NCBI RefSeq assembly: GCF_009834535.1
Contig: NC_045697.1
Location: 14,138,001 to 14,202,000, forward strand
Source of the DNA: Camelus ferus
Lineage: Eukaryota
Direction: 5' to 3'
DNA: 64,000 bases
The translations under genes and the position numbers were made by a program. The notes beneath the pieces are model-generated. The model saw only the letters and a list, made by a program, of their open reading frames with translations. It made no database searches and had not been told where the DNA came from. This document shows positions 25,129 through 38,977 of the stretch, piece by piece (within the stretch, counting starts at the first letter, position 1; each line of letters begins with the position of its first letter).

Positions 25129-26592
25129 GTAAGCCGTATACTAGGCATCTTTTAAAATTTCTGTAGTGTTGTGTTTTCTTATCCTTTTGCAGCTTTATTT
25201 CGACTTCTTTGGAAATTGGGAAATATAAAAGAGCCAGAGAAATCCCCATACCACCTGTGACATGAATGTAGGGTAAACTCTGAGAGGAAGCTAAGGAATT
25301 GCGTCTTGTCTAGGCAGTCCAGCGATGCCAACCACGTTGCACATAGCAGAATCCTAGCATGTTACTTTAGCTCAGACAGCTGGCCTGCTCTGCGGCCACA
25401 GCAGGAGTCCAGCCATCTAAGCGCGCTGGAGATGAGTTCCGTGATGTTTTGTAACTTCCTTTTCTATTCCCCAAACCATACTGCGATTTCTCCTTCAGCA
25501 CATTCATGTCAACCGTTTGGCTTTTTGCTTCATTAAACTTTCATTAGAAGATAGTCGAAATGAATGATTGGTAAACTGGCTTGATAGCTCATCTGTGTAC
25601 TCCACGTGCCGTGGCTCATAGCGTAAAATAAGTTTATTAAGCTCAGCAGCTTCAACCATACGCAGGCAGTAATCCACCCCCCTGGGGAGGATGGAAGGAG
25701 GGACAGGACAGAGGCCGTGAGTGTGGAGCCCAAGAGACACCCTCCACATCACAGGACACATCAGAAGGAGGAGGGGGGTGTTCCTCCATGATGCCTGTGT
25801 TTTGCTTGGGTAACGGGCCCCCAGTCACATAGACTGTGAGTGGCAGTGCGTGTTGTGTATTGTAATGTGCACTGAGCAGCTGACATGTGCAATGCTCTGA
25901 AAGGAATCAAATGATACATAAAAATGATTCCTGTTCTTGGGCATCCCTGGTCTCGGAGTGAGCCTTGAGAAAGAGGAAGATAGAACCTATGGGAAGGTGT
26001 TAGCTCTATTGGGTGTTCTTACCCTCTGCGCAGGCATTGTAGTATTTCAAATCATGCAGATTCCTGACGATTATTAAGTTGGTGGTTCTGATACATTATT
26101 ACATGAGAAGTTTCACTGGGAACAATCCCGTATTCAGATACATTTCTGATGCTGTCTACACCCCAGTACATTTGAGCCCTTCCTTCTTTTCTCCACCCAG
26201 TTGCCTTCTTTGAGTCATTAATTCATTCAACACTTTTAATCAGGGGCATTTCCTGGGAAAGTTTCTTATTTAGTGCTGTGGAAAACAGAAAAGTTTACAC
26301 AACTCAAGACCTGACCTCGAGGGTCCAGAGACCCTTGCAGATTATTTTGACACTGATTGGTCTGGTAGTTTTTCAGCCTAGATGTCACCCCTTTGTGTGA
26401 TTACCACTTCAGCGTGATGGAATCAGAAGGTAGGGGCTTTTCAGAGCCTTGGGCATGCCAGGCAGGAGGGAGCGTGGAGCTTCTGTGGAAGACTTCTGCT
26501 CAGTAGAAGACAATGATGAAGCGTGTTGTCTCAGTGCCCTCACTCTTAGAAAGAAATTGTTTCACATATTTGTTTCAACCATTTTTATTTAG

Positions 26593-26736
26593 AAACTTTA
26601 GCAACAATAAGATCACAGACATTGAAGAGGGAGCGTTTGAAGGAGCATCTGGTGTAAACGAAATACTTCTCACAAGTAATCGTCTGGAAAATGTTCAGCA
26701 TAAAATGTTCAAGGGATTGGAAAGCCTCAAAACTTT
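26593..26736 (+). CDS. SLIT2: SLIT2 exon 18 (144 nt): [47 protein letters not shown](L)
   Basis: Acceptor ttttatttag|, donor |gtaagt; overlaps ORF 26513..26740. Confidence 0.96.
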
Positions 26737-26862
26737 GTAAGTATTCTTTGCATAGAGTTGCGCCGCAGGGTTGTAATTCAGAGGTTATTATATTCTTGGG
26801 GGGGTGGCTCCTACTCTTCTTCATCACCCCCTCCGTCTCTGTCTCTGTTCCCATCAGTCTTT

Positions 26863-26957
26863 CTCTGTGTCTTCTCTGTCTCCCTCCATCCCTCCCTCCC
26901 TCTCCCTCTCTCTCACACACACACACATGCATACAGACACACGCACACGCACACACG
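26863..26957. repeat. Pyrimidine-rich (CT/CCT)n tract followed by an imperfect (CA)n repeat
   Basis: Read directly; accounts for the HTHT/CVCV low-complexity ORFs. Confidence 0.8.
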
Positions 26958-28147
26958 TTTTATGGAAACAACCATTGCTCCCATACCCCTGACTTCAGTA
27001 TGTTGCTTACAAATAATCAAAGGAGCCTCCTGGCTGTTGATTCCTCAACAAAAAAATACCATCTTTGCTCCAGTGCTTGTCCAGCTCTGGCTGCCCTGTT
27101 CTTCCTCAGAATGATCATTCTCTCCCCTTTTTCTCAAATACCTCTGTCCAATACTCCCTCTTGGCCCAAGGTCGCTAGCTTCAGACCCCCCTCTACCCCC
27201 AGCCTATCTGGAGACTGACTGCTTTTGTCTGCCCCTGCAAGGTCTTAGTGAAAAAAGAGAGAAGCTGGCCGGTGGTAGAGCTGTTAACTATCAGCTTTGA
27301 AGAAAACATGCTAAGAGTATGTTTACTTACTCAGGGGTGAGGAGGTTGGGAAAACGAAGTTCTGTATGTTTCCAAAAGGTTGCTGGCCAAGGAAGGAGGG
27401 GCTTGGCTTGACTAGTAAGGACAACATCTGGAATGTTCTGCCGTGTGTATATGTGGTTTTTATAATCTCTAAGGCATATTATTAAGTTTAACAAAAGTGG
27501 TGGCCTAAAAATTAGAAGAGACACAGATGAAACTCTGAAGCCTTTGGAAGAGAAGCAGAGATTGCAGTGGAGAGAGGCCATGTTCCGCCGTCCCCCCAGA
27601 CCCTCACCCTGCCCCATGCAGCCACCGAGAGCCACGCCCAGGGGACCAATAGCCGAGGAAGCCCACTGCCCGCCCTTTATAGATGTGGAGTGAGACGGCG
27701 TTGCCCCAGCCCACGTGGCTGTGCCCATGGCATCCCAGATTCCCATCCTGCTCGCACACCTCTGCACAGGAAAGTGGGCAGGTGTTCCCTGAGCCTCGCA
27801 GGGTAGCCTGGAGCCTGACCATCCCACACAGCCAGCCTGCAGCCTGCTGACCCCTCCCACGGGCCAACTCGGAGTCCCTTCAAAATGCAACATGCAATGC
27901 GAGTATTCCTTCAGTCTCTGTGTTGAGGAGACAGGAGTGTGTGGAAGGAGAGCAGAGGAGACACACCACAGGCGGTGACATCTACTCCTGCCCCCGTTCC
28001 CCTCCCCCAGGCTCAGCAAAACAGAAATCCTGCAACAAAGGGAAGCCTGTCTTCTTAGCGAGGAGCTGAGTGACTGTTGCTGCTAGAACCTTCTCCTTGA
28101 GGGGCAGAGTATGTCCAGGGAGGGGGAGGGGTGGGCCTGTAACTGCC

Positions 28148-28516
28148 CGCATTAGTCAGCCTTGAGCTGCCACGGCAGCAGACCCCAGGCCGGGTGACTT
28201 GAACAGCAGCCACATGTGAGCTCACTTTTCTGGAGACTAGACATCCAAGATGAGGGCGCTGAGAGGGCTGGTGCTGTGAGGATGCTTTTCCTGGCTTGTA
28301 GCCGGCCTGCTGCTGGCCGTGGCCTTACATGGCCTCTCCTCCGTGTGCGGGAGAAGAGAGCTCGGGGTCCCTTCGTCTGGGGACACCCATCCTGTGAGAT
28401 CAGGGCCTCATTTCACCACCGCTACCTCCCCCCAGGCTCCATCTCCAAATGCACCCACAGTGGGGCCAAGCACTTCAACATACGAATTTCAGGGGGGCCC
28501 AGCTCTGTCCCTGGCA
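28148..28516 (-). mobile_element. MaLR solo LTR (MLT1A-like)
   Basis: attagtcagccttgagctgcc...ttctggagactagacatccaagat...ccatctccaaatgc...cttcaacatacgaattt follows the MLT1A layout; about 370 bp. Confidence 0.8.
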
Positions 28517-29970
28517 CTGCCCCGAAGAGTTTATCAAAGTATTTTTTTCTGACTAGGTCCATTCGCAAGGCTCTCCCTGAGACAAGTTCTCTAAATTCAG
28601 CTTTCTGCCTCATTATATTTCTAGCAGTGTTTTTGTACCTCTTCTGTTTTCGGCACCTGAGACAGGCACCCACGGGCTCTCTCCTTAATCCTAGTGCCAC
28701 GTGCAGCTTCAGAGAGCATTTAGGGCGAAGCTGGGGACATCGAAAGGCCTGCAGCAGCTTTACTGGGACGCAGCTATTGCCCTAAGTGGTATCTTTCAGC
28801 TTGGATCTCTAAAGATGTTGACAAGACCCCCTCACTGCCTGTGGACCTCTCAACCCTTCAGGACTCGTAAACCTCTCAGGGGTTCCTGTACACATTGCAG
28901 TCGGTCTTTGAAGCCCCAGCATTTGCAGGCAAAATGTGGTACATATGTGTGCTTATGGATTTTTCCAGCGACAGAAAGCAAAGCTTTTTTTCAACTTCTT
29001 TCAGGAGTCTGTGACTCCAACAAGATTAAGACCAAATGTTCTGAATTATTTATGGCAAGGGCTAAGGCTGATAGGAAAATTTTTCTGTTGTGCGTTGGTT
29101 TCCCAAGGTAAAACGATGCCATGATAAGGAGGGCATCATCCTTTCTTGTTATCTGTGACTTCGCAGAACGCAAAAGCTGAGATTTCTTATTTATGAAAGG
29201 GCAGTGTAGAATTTTGAAGGAACACTTTGTTATTGTTGCATTCTTCCAGGAGCATGGTCAACCCACGTCTAGAAGAATTAAGGAAAATAATGACTTTTCA
29301 GCAATTCTGAATAAAATGCATGCCAATTATCCATTTTCATACGGGATTTTAAGAAGCTTTCTGTGCCTTTTCTAAGCCCCACAAATAAACAGATCGGGGA
29401 AAAAACTGAGAACCAGCCAGAAGTTTAGCAACGATGAGGAAATGACAAACGTGTTAATCCTATTAATGGCAATGACTAAACAAAAAAAAAAAAGTCAGAA
29501 TTTTTTCAAGAGAAGCCTATTTAAACTTCATCCTGAACACCTGGGATCTCTTAACTATTGCCTCCGTCTAAGTTCTAAACTCAAAACAAATAAAATAATT
29601 TGTGCAGACTTTGAGAAGTTCAGTCAGGTTTGGCTCCCCTGTCCCGTGTTGACGTTAACTTGGCTGTAAGTCCCTGAGACGCCCTCAATTCTTCATCTGT
29701 GGTGACTATTGATTCTTTTCTGCCTCCTTTCTGTTCAGCAGCAAATGTAATGCTACCATGAATACATAAATCACAGGGCTTCAAGGGCTTAGGGAGCTGT
29801 AGGTGAGTTAGTTACACTATGTAATCATGCAGACAGAATTGTAGCATCAAAGGAAACGTTCTACCCTCCTTAGATGGGGTTGGAAATTCATGCTGAGGCT
29901 CATGAGTTTTTGTAACTGAGCATCATCGTTGACAACTCTAAGCATCTTATCTTGCACAAGGTTCTCAAAA

Positions 29971-30097
29971 CAGCCCGTTCTCCATATCTGAGGGCCCTGC
30001 ATTCGCACATCCGCGGTGAATGTGGAACCGCACATCTGGAGGCCCTGTGGGTTTTGGTACCTGCAATCAATCCCCCAGGGACACCCAGGGGTGACTG
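29971..30097. mobile_element. Tc1/mariner Tigger-derived MITE remnant (MER2/MER46-like)
   Basis: Degenerate terminal inverted repeats cagcccgttctccatatc...gacacccaggggtgactg, with TA after the right end. Confidence 0.55.
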
Positions 30098-30247
30098 TAC
30101 ATATCACAGCCAATCCTAATGACAAGAGAACATTCCAAAATTAGAAAAATGAAAGCTACACGTTGGCAAAGAGGGGTTTGGTCTTTAGCTAGGCAGATGG
30201 ATTGCCTGGTGCTTTTTCTGTAACGACCTTGTATTTTTTCCCCTCAG

Positions 30248-30391
30248 GATGTTAAGGAGTAATCGCATAAGCTGTGTAGGGAACGACAGTTTCATAGGAC
30301 TCAGTTCTGTGCGTCTGCTTTCTTTATACGATAATCAAATTACGACGATTGCACCAGGGGCTTTTGATACTCTCCATTCTTTATCTACTCT
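30248..30391 (+). CDS. SLIT2: SLIT2 exon 19 (144 nt): [47 protein letters not shown](L)
   Basis: Acceptor ttttttcccctcag|, donor |gtaagt; two LRRs. Confidence 0.96.
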
Positions 30392-31923
30392 GTAAGTATG
30401 AGAAATAGTCTTTATTTATTCATTATATTTGTTACTTTTTATTGATAACATTTTAATACATTACTAAGCATTTCATAAAAATGTGATCAAGGACTTAGGT
30501 TTTTTTTTTTTAAAGGACAAATTCGTTCATGTTAAACTGCCTTAAATTTTTTCCTAAAAATATTGCCTACCATCCTATATTAAAGTTACAGTGTTTTTTC
30601 CATCAATTATTTCTTAGAATAATGTGATGTGGCTTAATTTATACATGCTAATCTTATTGTAATTTGATTGAGTTGTAAATAAAAGAAATGTTGTAGATTT
30701 TCCCCAGTGTTTTTCCATTGGAGTCTTTGCAGCATAAGTATCATAAAAAACAGAGTTGATAGGGTTATTGCCAACCAACTGTGCTCAGAAGGATCATTCG
30801 CAATGACAGGAGATGTATCAGGATGACCAGACCAACAATAAAAGCTCACTAGAGGGCATTTACTATGATATTTAGGAAGGTATTAAAGAAACAGGCTGAG
30901 CTCATCCAAGAGGACGTTTTATGTAAACTGCTGGACAATAAAGAATATTTGTTAAGTCTACAGACAGAATTCAGAAAGTGTCAACAAACAAACTCTCCAA
31001 GTATTTCAGGCCCTTTATTTGTCAGTATCTAAAAAGCAGTGTTTGAAATGGTGAATCTTATAACTCATATGATTTTCTGGTAATGGCGGCATCTAAATAT
31101 ACTAATATAATGGAAAAGGTAGTTAGAAGGGGGAAAAAGTCATGTTCAACATAGCTGAAGTCCCTGAAGAAATAATGGGAAGGAAACATCCATCCATCAG
31201 TAAAGTACTTAACCCTCTTTCCACATAAAATGTGACATTTTACATCGAGTGACTAATTTGTGCATATTAAAGATGGCATGTTTATAAATAATGGAATTGT
31301 CGATAGGTTTGTGCTGAAGTGGTGAGATGCCAAAAGTATTGAGATTTGGAGAAGTAAATTCATTTTTATAACTGGCATTTAATCAACTCAGCTGTCAGTT
31401 TAGATGGGAAACCTATTCTCTGGAGCAAATAAAAGATGGAAATCTTGAAATGACAAATTAATGAAATAGCTGTTGTCAGGTTAAACTCAATAATATAAGG
31501 TAATCAGCCTTCATCTTTATATTAAATTACTGCATTATCAGTGTAGGGAAGTTTGACAGCAAGTCAGATCTCTGACACATTTGAATGATCTCTAAATGAG
31601 GTATCTGTCAGGATCCACGGCACCAACCCTGAATTACCACCTTCAATTTATTTTTCATATGAAATTATTTGAAGAATTCTTGTATGAAAATTTTATTTTT
31701 TAAGTTCCAAACATAAATACTGTAGCCAAAGAATGCATCCCAGTTGTGTGTGACTGATCATGGATCGGAGGTGGGGTGAAAGGATAGGAGGTGGGGTGAA
31801 TACAAAGACAAAGAAGGAATCATTCCAACAGGTATGGTGTGGGAACATGGTAGCATGGGGTTTTGAGAAGTGGGAACACAAACCCCTAAACTCAACTCTG
31901 CATTGTTTGCATATGGTGCTTAG

Positions 31924-32090
31924 AAACCTCTTGGCCAATCCTTTTAACTGTAACTGCTACCTGGCTTGGTTGGGAGAATGGCTCAGGAAGAAAAGAATTG
32001 TAACGGGAAATCCTCGATGTCAGAAACCCTACTTTCTCAAAGAGATCCCCATCCAGGATGTTGCCATCCAAGACTTCACGTGCGATGATG
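31924..32090 (+). CDS. SLIT2: SLIT2 exon 20 (167 nt), D3 C-terminal cap: [55 protein letters not shown]
   Basis: Acceptor ggtgcttag|, donor |gtaaga; overlaps ORF 31760..32119. Confidence 0.96.
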
Positions 32091-32982
32091 GTAAGAAAGC
32101 CTGGCCAGATGGCTGGTGACCAGACCCTGCGGTGACTGTTCTGATGCTGTGGGCGCTGCTAGACAGGATATCACAGTTCAGGCAATAGATAGTTATTGTG
32201 CATTTTTTGCTTTGTTGTGTTGTTTTGTTTTGTTTTAGCAGCAGGGCCCTTACTTGCTCAGACTGTACTTTCACATCTAACTCTGCTTGACGTGTGCTTC
32301 TGAGTGTTTTAGAAAATCTTCCAACTTGTGGCTGATACTGTTTATACAGCTTTGGTTTTAATTTTCTTTATTATTCTAAGCATCTCTTTTAGGAACTGCC
32401 ACTTTTAGATGATAAAAGCAACTGATTTCTAAAATAGAAATTCTAGTTAACTTAACAAAAACAATAGTTTTCACTTTTTAATACTCTCTCTATATCATCG
32501 CACTTGCTTCTCAGAATAGCTCTGTAATGTGGGTACAGGGGGTTCTGTTATTGTTGCCAGTAAGTGAAGGGCTCATTTGAGCCTTATATTTTAACATGAG
32601 AGGCCCTTACACTTTTTGCTAAACATTTTAAAGTAATCTGTCCCTTTGTCTCTTCATGTCTGTCTCCTTACAGTGTCTCCATAATTCAGTTTACATTTAC
32701 ATATTCTAAATAAAAATATAATTTGTATAAATAATGGCAAAAAAGAACATAACATTATAATTGTATTGATAATACAAAGGGAATTGTGTTTTGGACTTCT
32801 GCCCTAGGCAGTCTGAAAACAGTCCTACCCAGAACGTGTGGTGTCTGTTTGTGAATACTGAATGCCCTGTATGTAAGTTAGGCTCAAGACTCTTGCGTTG
32901 GTTAAGCTAAAGGTGTAAAAGCCCTTCGAGCATCTCCCAAGCCACAAATCTGCATTTTCCTGTATCTCTTTTGGCAATTTAG

Positions 32983-33115
32983 GAAATGATGACAACAGTT
33001 GTTCCCCACTCTCTCGCTGTCCTACGGAGTGTACCTGCTTGGACACAGTGGTCCGATGTAGCAACAAAGGCCTGAAGGTCTTGCCCAAAGGCATTCCAAG
33101 AGACGTCACTGAATT
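32983..33115 (+). CDS. SLIT2: SLIT2 exon 21 (133 nt), D4 N-terminal cap: [44 protein letters not shown](L)
   Basis: Acceptor ggcaatttag|, donor |gtaagt; LRRNT motif. Confidence 0.96.
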
Positions 33116-36100
33116 GTAAGTAGTGCTTGTCTTTGCTCTTCCTGAACGATTACTGTTTCACACGCCAAGGGAAATGGAGACCAAACAAAAATCTTTTGAG
33201 TCCTTTTTACAAGTTACATTCATTCTCTAATCCATTCATTAGTATCAGGTAAAACCCTAAACAAATAATGTAAAAGCAAATTCAGGTACCCTTGGGAAGT
33301 ACTGATTGTGTTTCTCTCTTCACTGTAGGATTTCTCAGGGCCTTTAGGACGCTAAGGTGCACTGTGCAACTCCGGGGAGGAGGGTGTAAGCTCGGAGGTA
33401 GCTTCCACACTCTGCCCTTACTCACCTCCATAAGCCTTTTCTCGTGGCCTCCCCTACAAGAGCAATGTTCCCTCATGTGCACCTTGAGAAATGCTATATA
33501 TTTAGTTTATCTACAGTGTCTGGGATGTTTCATATGGTTAATTATTCTTCACCACATGTCACCATGGAGAATATCTTAGCCCAAGGGATGCATAAATATG
33601 GAGGATGTGGAAGAAGCTGACATAATCTTTACCTTTAAAAAGCGATATTGCCCTTTGGACTTGAATCAGAGTCCTTTAGGTCGTAAAGGATGTGGGGCCA
33701 GTTATCCCTAACATTTTCAAAACTGATATTTAACCACAAATTACATGGCCAATTTACACATATGGGATACTGAGCACCACGCACACTTCCTTAGCTGCCT
33801 CATGCTTCATGTGGAATGGAATGAGTCAGAGCATGCAGGCTCCCTTCCGATCCTTTGTCTGTGCACTGAGGACCATGGACAAATGCCTGATATACCACTG
33901 AGTCGTTTGGCCTCTGTTTATTTTTTGACTGCATGAAACCATGTATCAAATGTCTAAGTCATGAAGCCGTGTACCTGTAATTCATGCACAACTGTACAAG
34001 GGTTCTGAACGAGCCGCTTAGATAAACTTTTGGCAACCTGGAACACAGGCAGTGAGGTTCAAGAAGAGGTCACTTCAGTTATCAAGGAACTTACTTGCAA
34101 ATCATGCTCAGTTTTACAAATTCTAATTTGGTCTTGAATAGAGAAAAAGTATGTGATCTTCCCTTTTGGTTCTGAACTGTTGTGAAGTGCTCAGTTTCTC
34201 TCTCTTGCTGCCAATCACACTTGTTAGGTAACTATCAGCACTGCTTTATATGTGTGTGTGTGGTTAAATTCTTAATTCTCATTTTGATATGCATTTATTT
34301 CAGAAGATTACCCTCCATTCAGTGTCGGAAGCTAGATGCCTGTAGAGTATTCTGTATGCAAAACATCGACTCTAAGAACACCCCAGCCAAGAATGTAATA
34401 CTCAGCGTAACATTTAGATCATCTTTGATGCTAAATCCCTTCTTCTTGGCCCATGCCTTCGTCCTTTTACCTGATTCCCAGCAAATAATTTCGAACATCT
34501 TTCAATTTCCTTATTCATCCGAGAACCTTCTCGATTCATTTGTCTGTGCCATCTACATGTTTCATTTGTCAGATAGTGGAATCTTCAATCTATTCCTCTA
34601 CAAATTTTCCAAAGTAATTCTTTTATCTAAAGAAAATATGTCTCAGAGAAGAGGAAAATATTAGCTCATCTCTTGTGAATTTTAGCTTTACCCCCCCAAG
34701 AGCTTATTCTTAGAACCATACCAAGTCAGCAGGATCCCTCTCTCCAGTAACATATATGCATGTATTAGAAAATGTCCGTGTGCATAATATATTAAATTAT
34801 TAAAGAATTTGGCACAAATAAGTATGTAGTGGTGGACAATTTTGAACAGATGGTATCTTTTATTTTTAATCAGTTCCATATAATTCCCCTCTTCGATTGA
34901 TTTACATGTAAGCATCCATAGAGCACATTCTGAATCTTTTTAGCTTTGCAATGTGATGTTTTCTGGAATAAAGGGAAAGGTGCTGCAGTATGTGGGGTTA
35001 TGCTTCCCTCTAGTGGTACCAAGAAATTCTTATCTAGAGAAAAGAAAGGAGCGAGAGGAGTCGAAATGTGAAGTCAGAAAATTTGAATAGATGTTAAGAA
35101 GTCATAACAAAAGCCTGACTCTTAAATCACATATTTTTACATATTTTGATAACTTGTGTCTTTTGTATAACTTTTCTCGTTTTGAAATGTTTGCAATAGA
35201 TTGTTATCTTATGCAGTTTCTCAGCTACTTCCACATCTAGCAAAAGTACTAACCTCAACCCCAGTTGGATCTGAAGATGGTCCACGACGCTGGGCAGGAG
35301 GGGCCATGTGTCCGATGTGACAGCATTGTTTGTGGGCACGTCTGTAACCAGACGCCCCAAGTCACTGAAAGACATTTTTACCCTTCATCATCTATATTCG
35401 GGAAAAGACAGCCTTGGGAGGAGATGGAATTACTTTTCTTTTTGTGATATCATGGATATAACTTTAAGAACTCATTTATTTTTGTGTCTTGCTTGTTAGC
35501 CCAAAGTCTCTATTTTCTGATTACTCTGCTGACTCTAATCAGAAAGGGAAATTTTACTTATATAGGGTGATTTGATTATTATTTTTACATCTATTTGCTA
35601 TATTTGTGTGCTTGATAAATGTTGTGATTTTCTATGAACTCTCCTAAAATTAATATCACCAAGCAGATATACAAGGGTAAAAACTATTTTTAAGATTTTT
35701 TTTAAACTGAAATCTAATGACATTAAAATTCCCAAGTATATCGTTTGAACCATTCATTGTTATTGACCAAGTGTATTAATACGTATTAAGGTGATGGAGA
35801 TTACTCTTGCCGGCGGTAGCAAGTTTCTGCCAATAGTGAATGCATTGCATGGTGTTGTTTCCACATAAACACAAGTGAACTGAAGGTGACTAAAAGTATG
35901 GTTGATTGAATGACCCTTCTTGCTGACACACAAATGGTTGGATATGTGCCTTGCCTCCTTAGATAAACCACAAAGAACTGACTCATCAGTTTCTCCTTGG
36001 TTTTATAATTTAGCCTAAGTAATCCACAAAAGAGTTCTACTCTTTTGGGCAACTGTGGTCTTTTTTCCTTTACTTCTCTTAAATAGCAATCTTCGCTAAA

Positions 36101-36228
36101 AATATGACATCTTAAGGCCAAAATTACCAAGTGTTTCCTTGCTTCCATTTGACTGATATATTATTCAATTATTTTATGATTCATAACTGTTAACTTTCAA
36201 AAAGATAATATTGTTTCCTTGTTTTTAG

Positions 36229-36297
36229 GTATCTGGATGGGAACCAATTTACACTGGTTCCTAAGGAACTCTCCAACTACAAGCATCTAACACTTAT
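36229..36297 (+). CDS. SLIT2: SLIT2 exon 22 (69 nt): [22 protein letters not shown](I)
   Basis: Acceptor ttgtttttag|, donor |gtgagt. Confidence 0.96.
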
Positions 36298-38905
36298 GTG
36301 AGTAATGTATAATTGTATTTTTCCATCTTTGACTTCTTATTCTGTTTCAGGAAAGTGGGGATAGCAAGGGGCAGAAGATTTAGCGAGCCTTTCAGGTAAT
36401 ACAAATCCATTTCAGTTAGATGCCTCCTTTCTTGCTCACTGAGGTTCTGGATCACTGGCTACATCTTCATTGAATATCAGTCGGACAAGGGCGCGCCTTA
36501 GAAAAAGGCCCTCCTCTATTCGAAGTGTAAATATGATTAAGTCTAAGTATCGGAGAATTGTAGAAATGCAGTATGCTAGAGAATGCTATTGAGGATGAAT
36601 ATGGGCGATTTTATGAGAATCCAAGGAAAGAAGGATGGGAAACAATGTTATTATTGACTTTAAGCAAAACATAGCAGATGGTAAAACCTTTACTGAAAAT
36701 GTATTGGAAATCTAGTTTACTAGGCTTGATTCACTTATATAATTCATGAATTAATAAAGGGATTCCAGTATTAAAATTTTATAAAATCCATATTTGCATA
36801 TGTAGTGTGTGAATAAACTTGACAAAGATGCTGACATTCTGAGTAATAATGTCAAAACATTGAGTTGTTTTTATCAGTCTGTTTTGATGTCCTCCTAACA
36901 TAGCATCTTTCTTTCATTAATGTATGTAAGCAGTTTTTTACAGTTTTTAACTTGTAGATACTAGATTATATTTAAACATGCAAACATTTCATTTCAATCT
37001 GGTTATGTGCACAGTATTTTTAAAACGATAGAATCTTACTGTATGTAATGTCACTCTTAGAGTAGTGTTGTTGGTAAACAAGGAAACTTGTCACAAAACA
37101 AAAAAATCAGCAGCAATAGTGGATATGAAAGGAAATACTTTGTCTTTAAGTCTATCTGATTTTAGAGTAAATATGACTGTCTTAGATTTCTAGTATTCCC
37201 AGAAAAGGGGGCTTATGCCTAATTCGTGAATGGAAACCTAGGTAACAGAAAATGTCATGTTTCTCATTGTAAACTTTACCCTAAGCACTTGGAGGTTAGT
37301 TAAAATGCTGTTGAGCATTTTCAGTTTTTCTTAAATGTGTGTGAAAATCAAACCCTCTGTGGGAAGTATATAGGACTGTTTAAATGACAAATGACTAAGT
37401 TAAGAAAAAAAGAATATCCTCTAAAAAATCTTGTTCTGCCCCTAGTTGTTTATTTAATAGCAGCAAGAACTGATTACATACATTTGTTCTGTTAAATAAA
37501 CCATTAAATTGCTGCAATTTCCAAAGGGTCACTTTAGCAGCATTGGGTCATTTGTGGGACAGCATGTGATTAGTTAAAACCAGTTTGGAAATGAAAAAAG
37601 AATCTGTAGGTCCAGAAATGATTTTACCAGTGACTCAGCATACAACTCTAGGCAAGTAATTTCTGCTAGCGTTGATGTATTTATTCATTTTTTAAATTTA
37701 GCTTGAGTACCTCAGCAGCTAAGAAGATGGATGGTACAGCTCAGCTGCTCTAACTTCCCCACCATTTCACAATTTCTTTGGTCCATTTTACTGACATTTT
37801 GGTATTTTAATAAAGGAATGGATAACCTTCAGCAGCTCTTCTGTATCTTGCATTTATTCACATATTTTGCTTCAGAAAAAAATATAGTGAACATAAATAC
37901 ACAACAGACATAAATGAACCCAAATCACAACCCATGATGTTCCATTTATTTATGAATCTTCCTTTTAGTCATATATTTGGCATCTTGCTTTAGGTAAAAT
38001 TTAGTGAATATTCACTAATATGTGTCACATTGCCGTAACTACATGAGTGTGTATATGTATATATTCGCTAACTTTTGTCTAAAGCAAAATACGAAACATG
38101 TATGTCATTACATGTTATTATATATTATATAATAGTATTATATTTATAACATTATTATTGCATGCCATATTACATATATATTTCACACATATAATACATA
38201 TAATAAAAATTAGTTCACTGAATATAAATTACAACCTGTAGTACAAAGTACACTTATAAATATCCATTTAGCATTGGTTAAAAAAAAATCCACATTTCTC
38301 TCATTTACTTATTATTTATTGAACAGACATTTACTGAGGACCAACTACGTGCTAGTGACTTTGCCATAGGCCAAGTGTTTAATCATGGTGTTACTATTAA
38401 CGACGGCGTTGTTAACGTAATTAAATAAGGGATCCTTTCCATTACCCTGTTTGAGTCTTTGTATGCGTCAGTGAAAAAGTATGTGCCATCGGTGGAACTT
38501 TCAAGAACAGAGGTTTATTTCTCACCTATAAATGTGTCAGCTGTGAGTGGCCTCCGCCTGTCTTTGCTCTGGGGTCCAGGCAGCAGGCAGGACCTCTGTG
38601 GGACATCAAGAGCCTTGCAGAGGAGGGAGGAGAGGGACAGAATTAGCTCGCGCTAAAGCTTCTGTTCTGAGGTGAAACCAGAACTGATGCCCATACTTCA
38701 CTAGCCAAAGCACTTGGTCGCTTCTAATTTCAGCAGGCGGGGGCGTGAGTAGTCATGAAGAAGGCTGCAGTCTGCCCAGTGTGGTGTTACTTTCAGATGA
38801 AAGCTGAGTCCTAGCGCTGCTTTGACTGTGAGCAAGAAGAACCTTCCCTTTCTAAGAATGACTCATGGTAACAGCAGACTCCATGTCTTTCTTTTTCTCT
38901 TTTAG

Positions 38906-38977
38906 AGACTTAAGTAACAACCGAATCAGCACCCTGTCTAATCAGAGCTTCAGCAACATGACCCAGCTCCTCACCTT
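38906..38977 (+). CDS. SLIT2: SLIT2 exon 23 (72 nt): [23 protein letters not shown](L)
   Basis: Acceptor ttctcttttag|, donor |gtgagt. Confidence 0.96.

Noticed and set aside
26691..27218. 175-aa ORF and overlapping HTHT/CVCV ORFs (also at 54345-54745)
   Set aside because: These are translations of CT and CA microsatellites.
27327..28019. Longest ORF in the track (230 aa, minus strand) and neighbouring 189-aa and 136-aa ORFs
   Set aside because: No recognisable domain. Long ORFs are expected in this GC-rich patch, and the 189-aa ORF runs through an LTR remnant.
38001..38018. Perfect 18-bp palindrome TTAGTGAATATTCACTAA
   Set aside because: One palindrome of this length is unsurprising in 64 kb of AT-rich DNA, and there is no supporting context.
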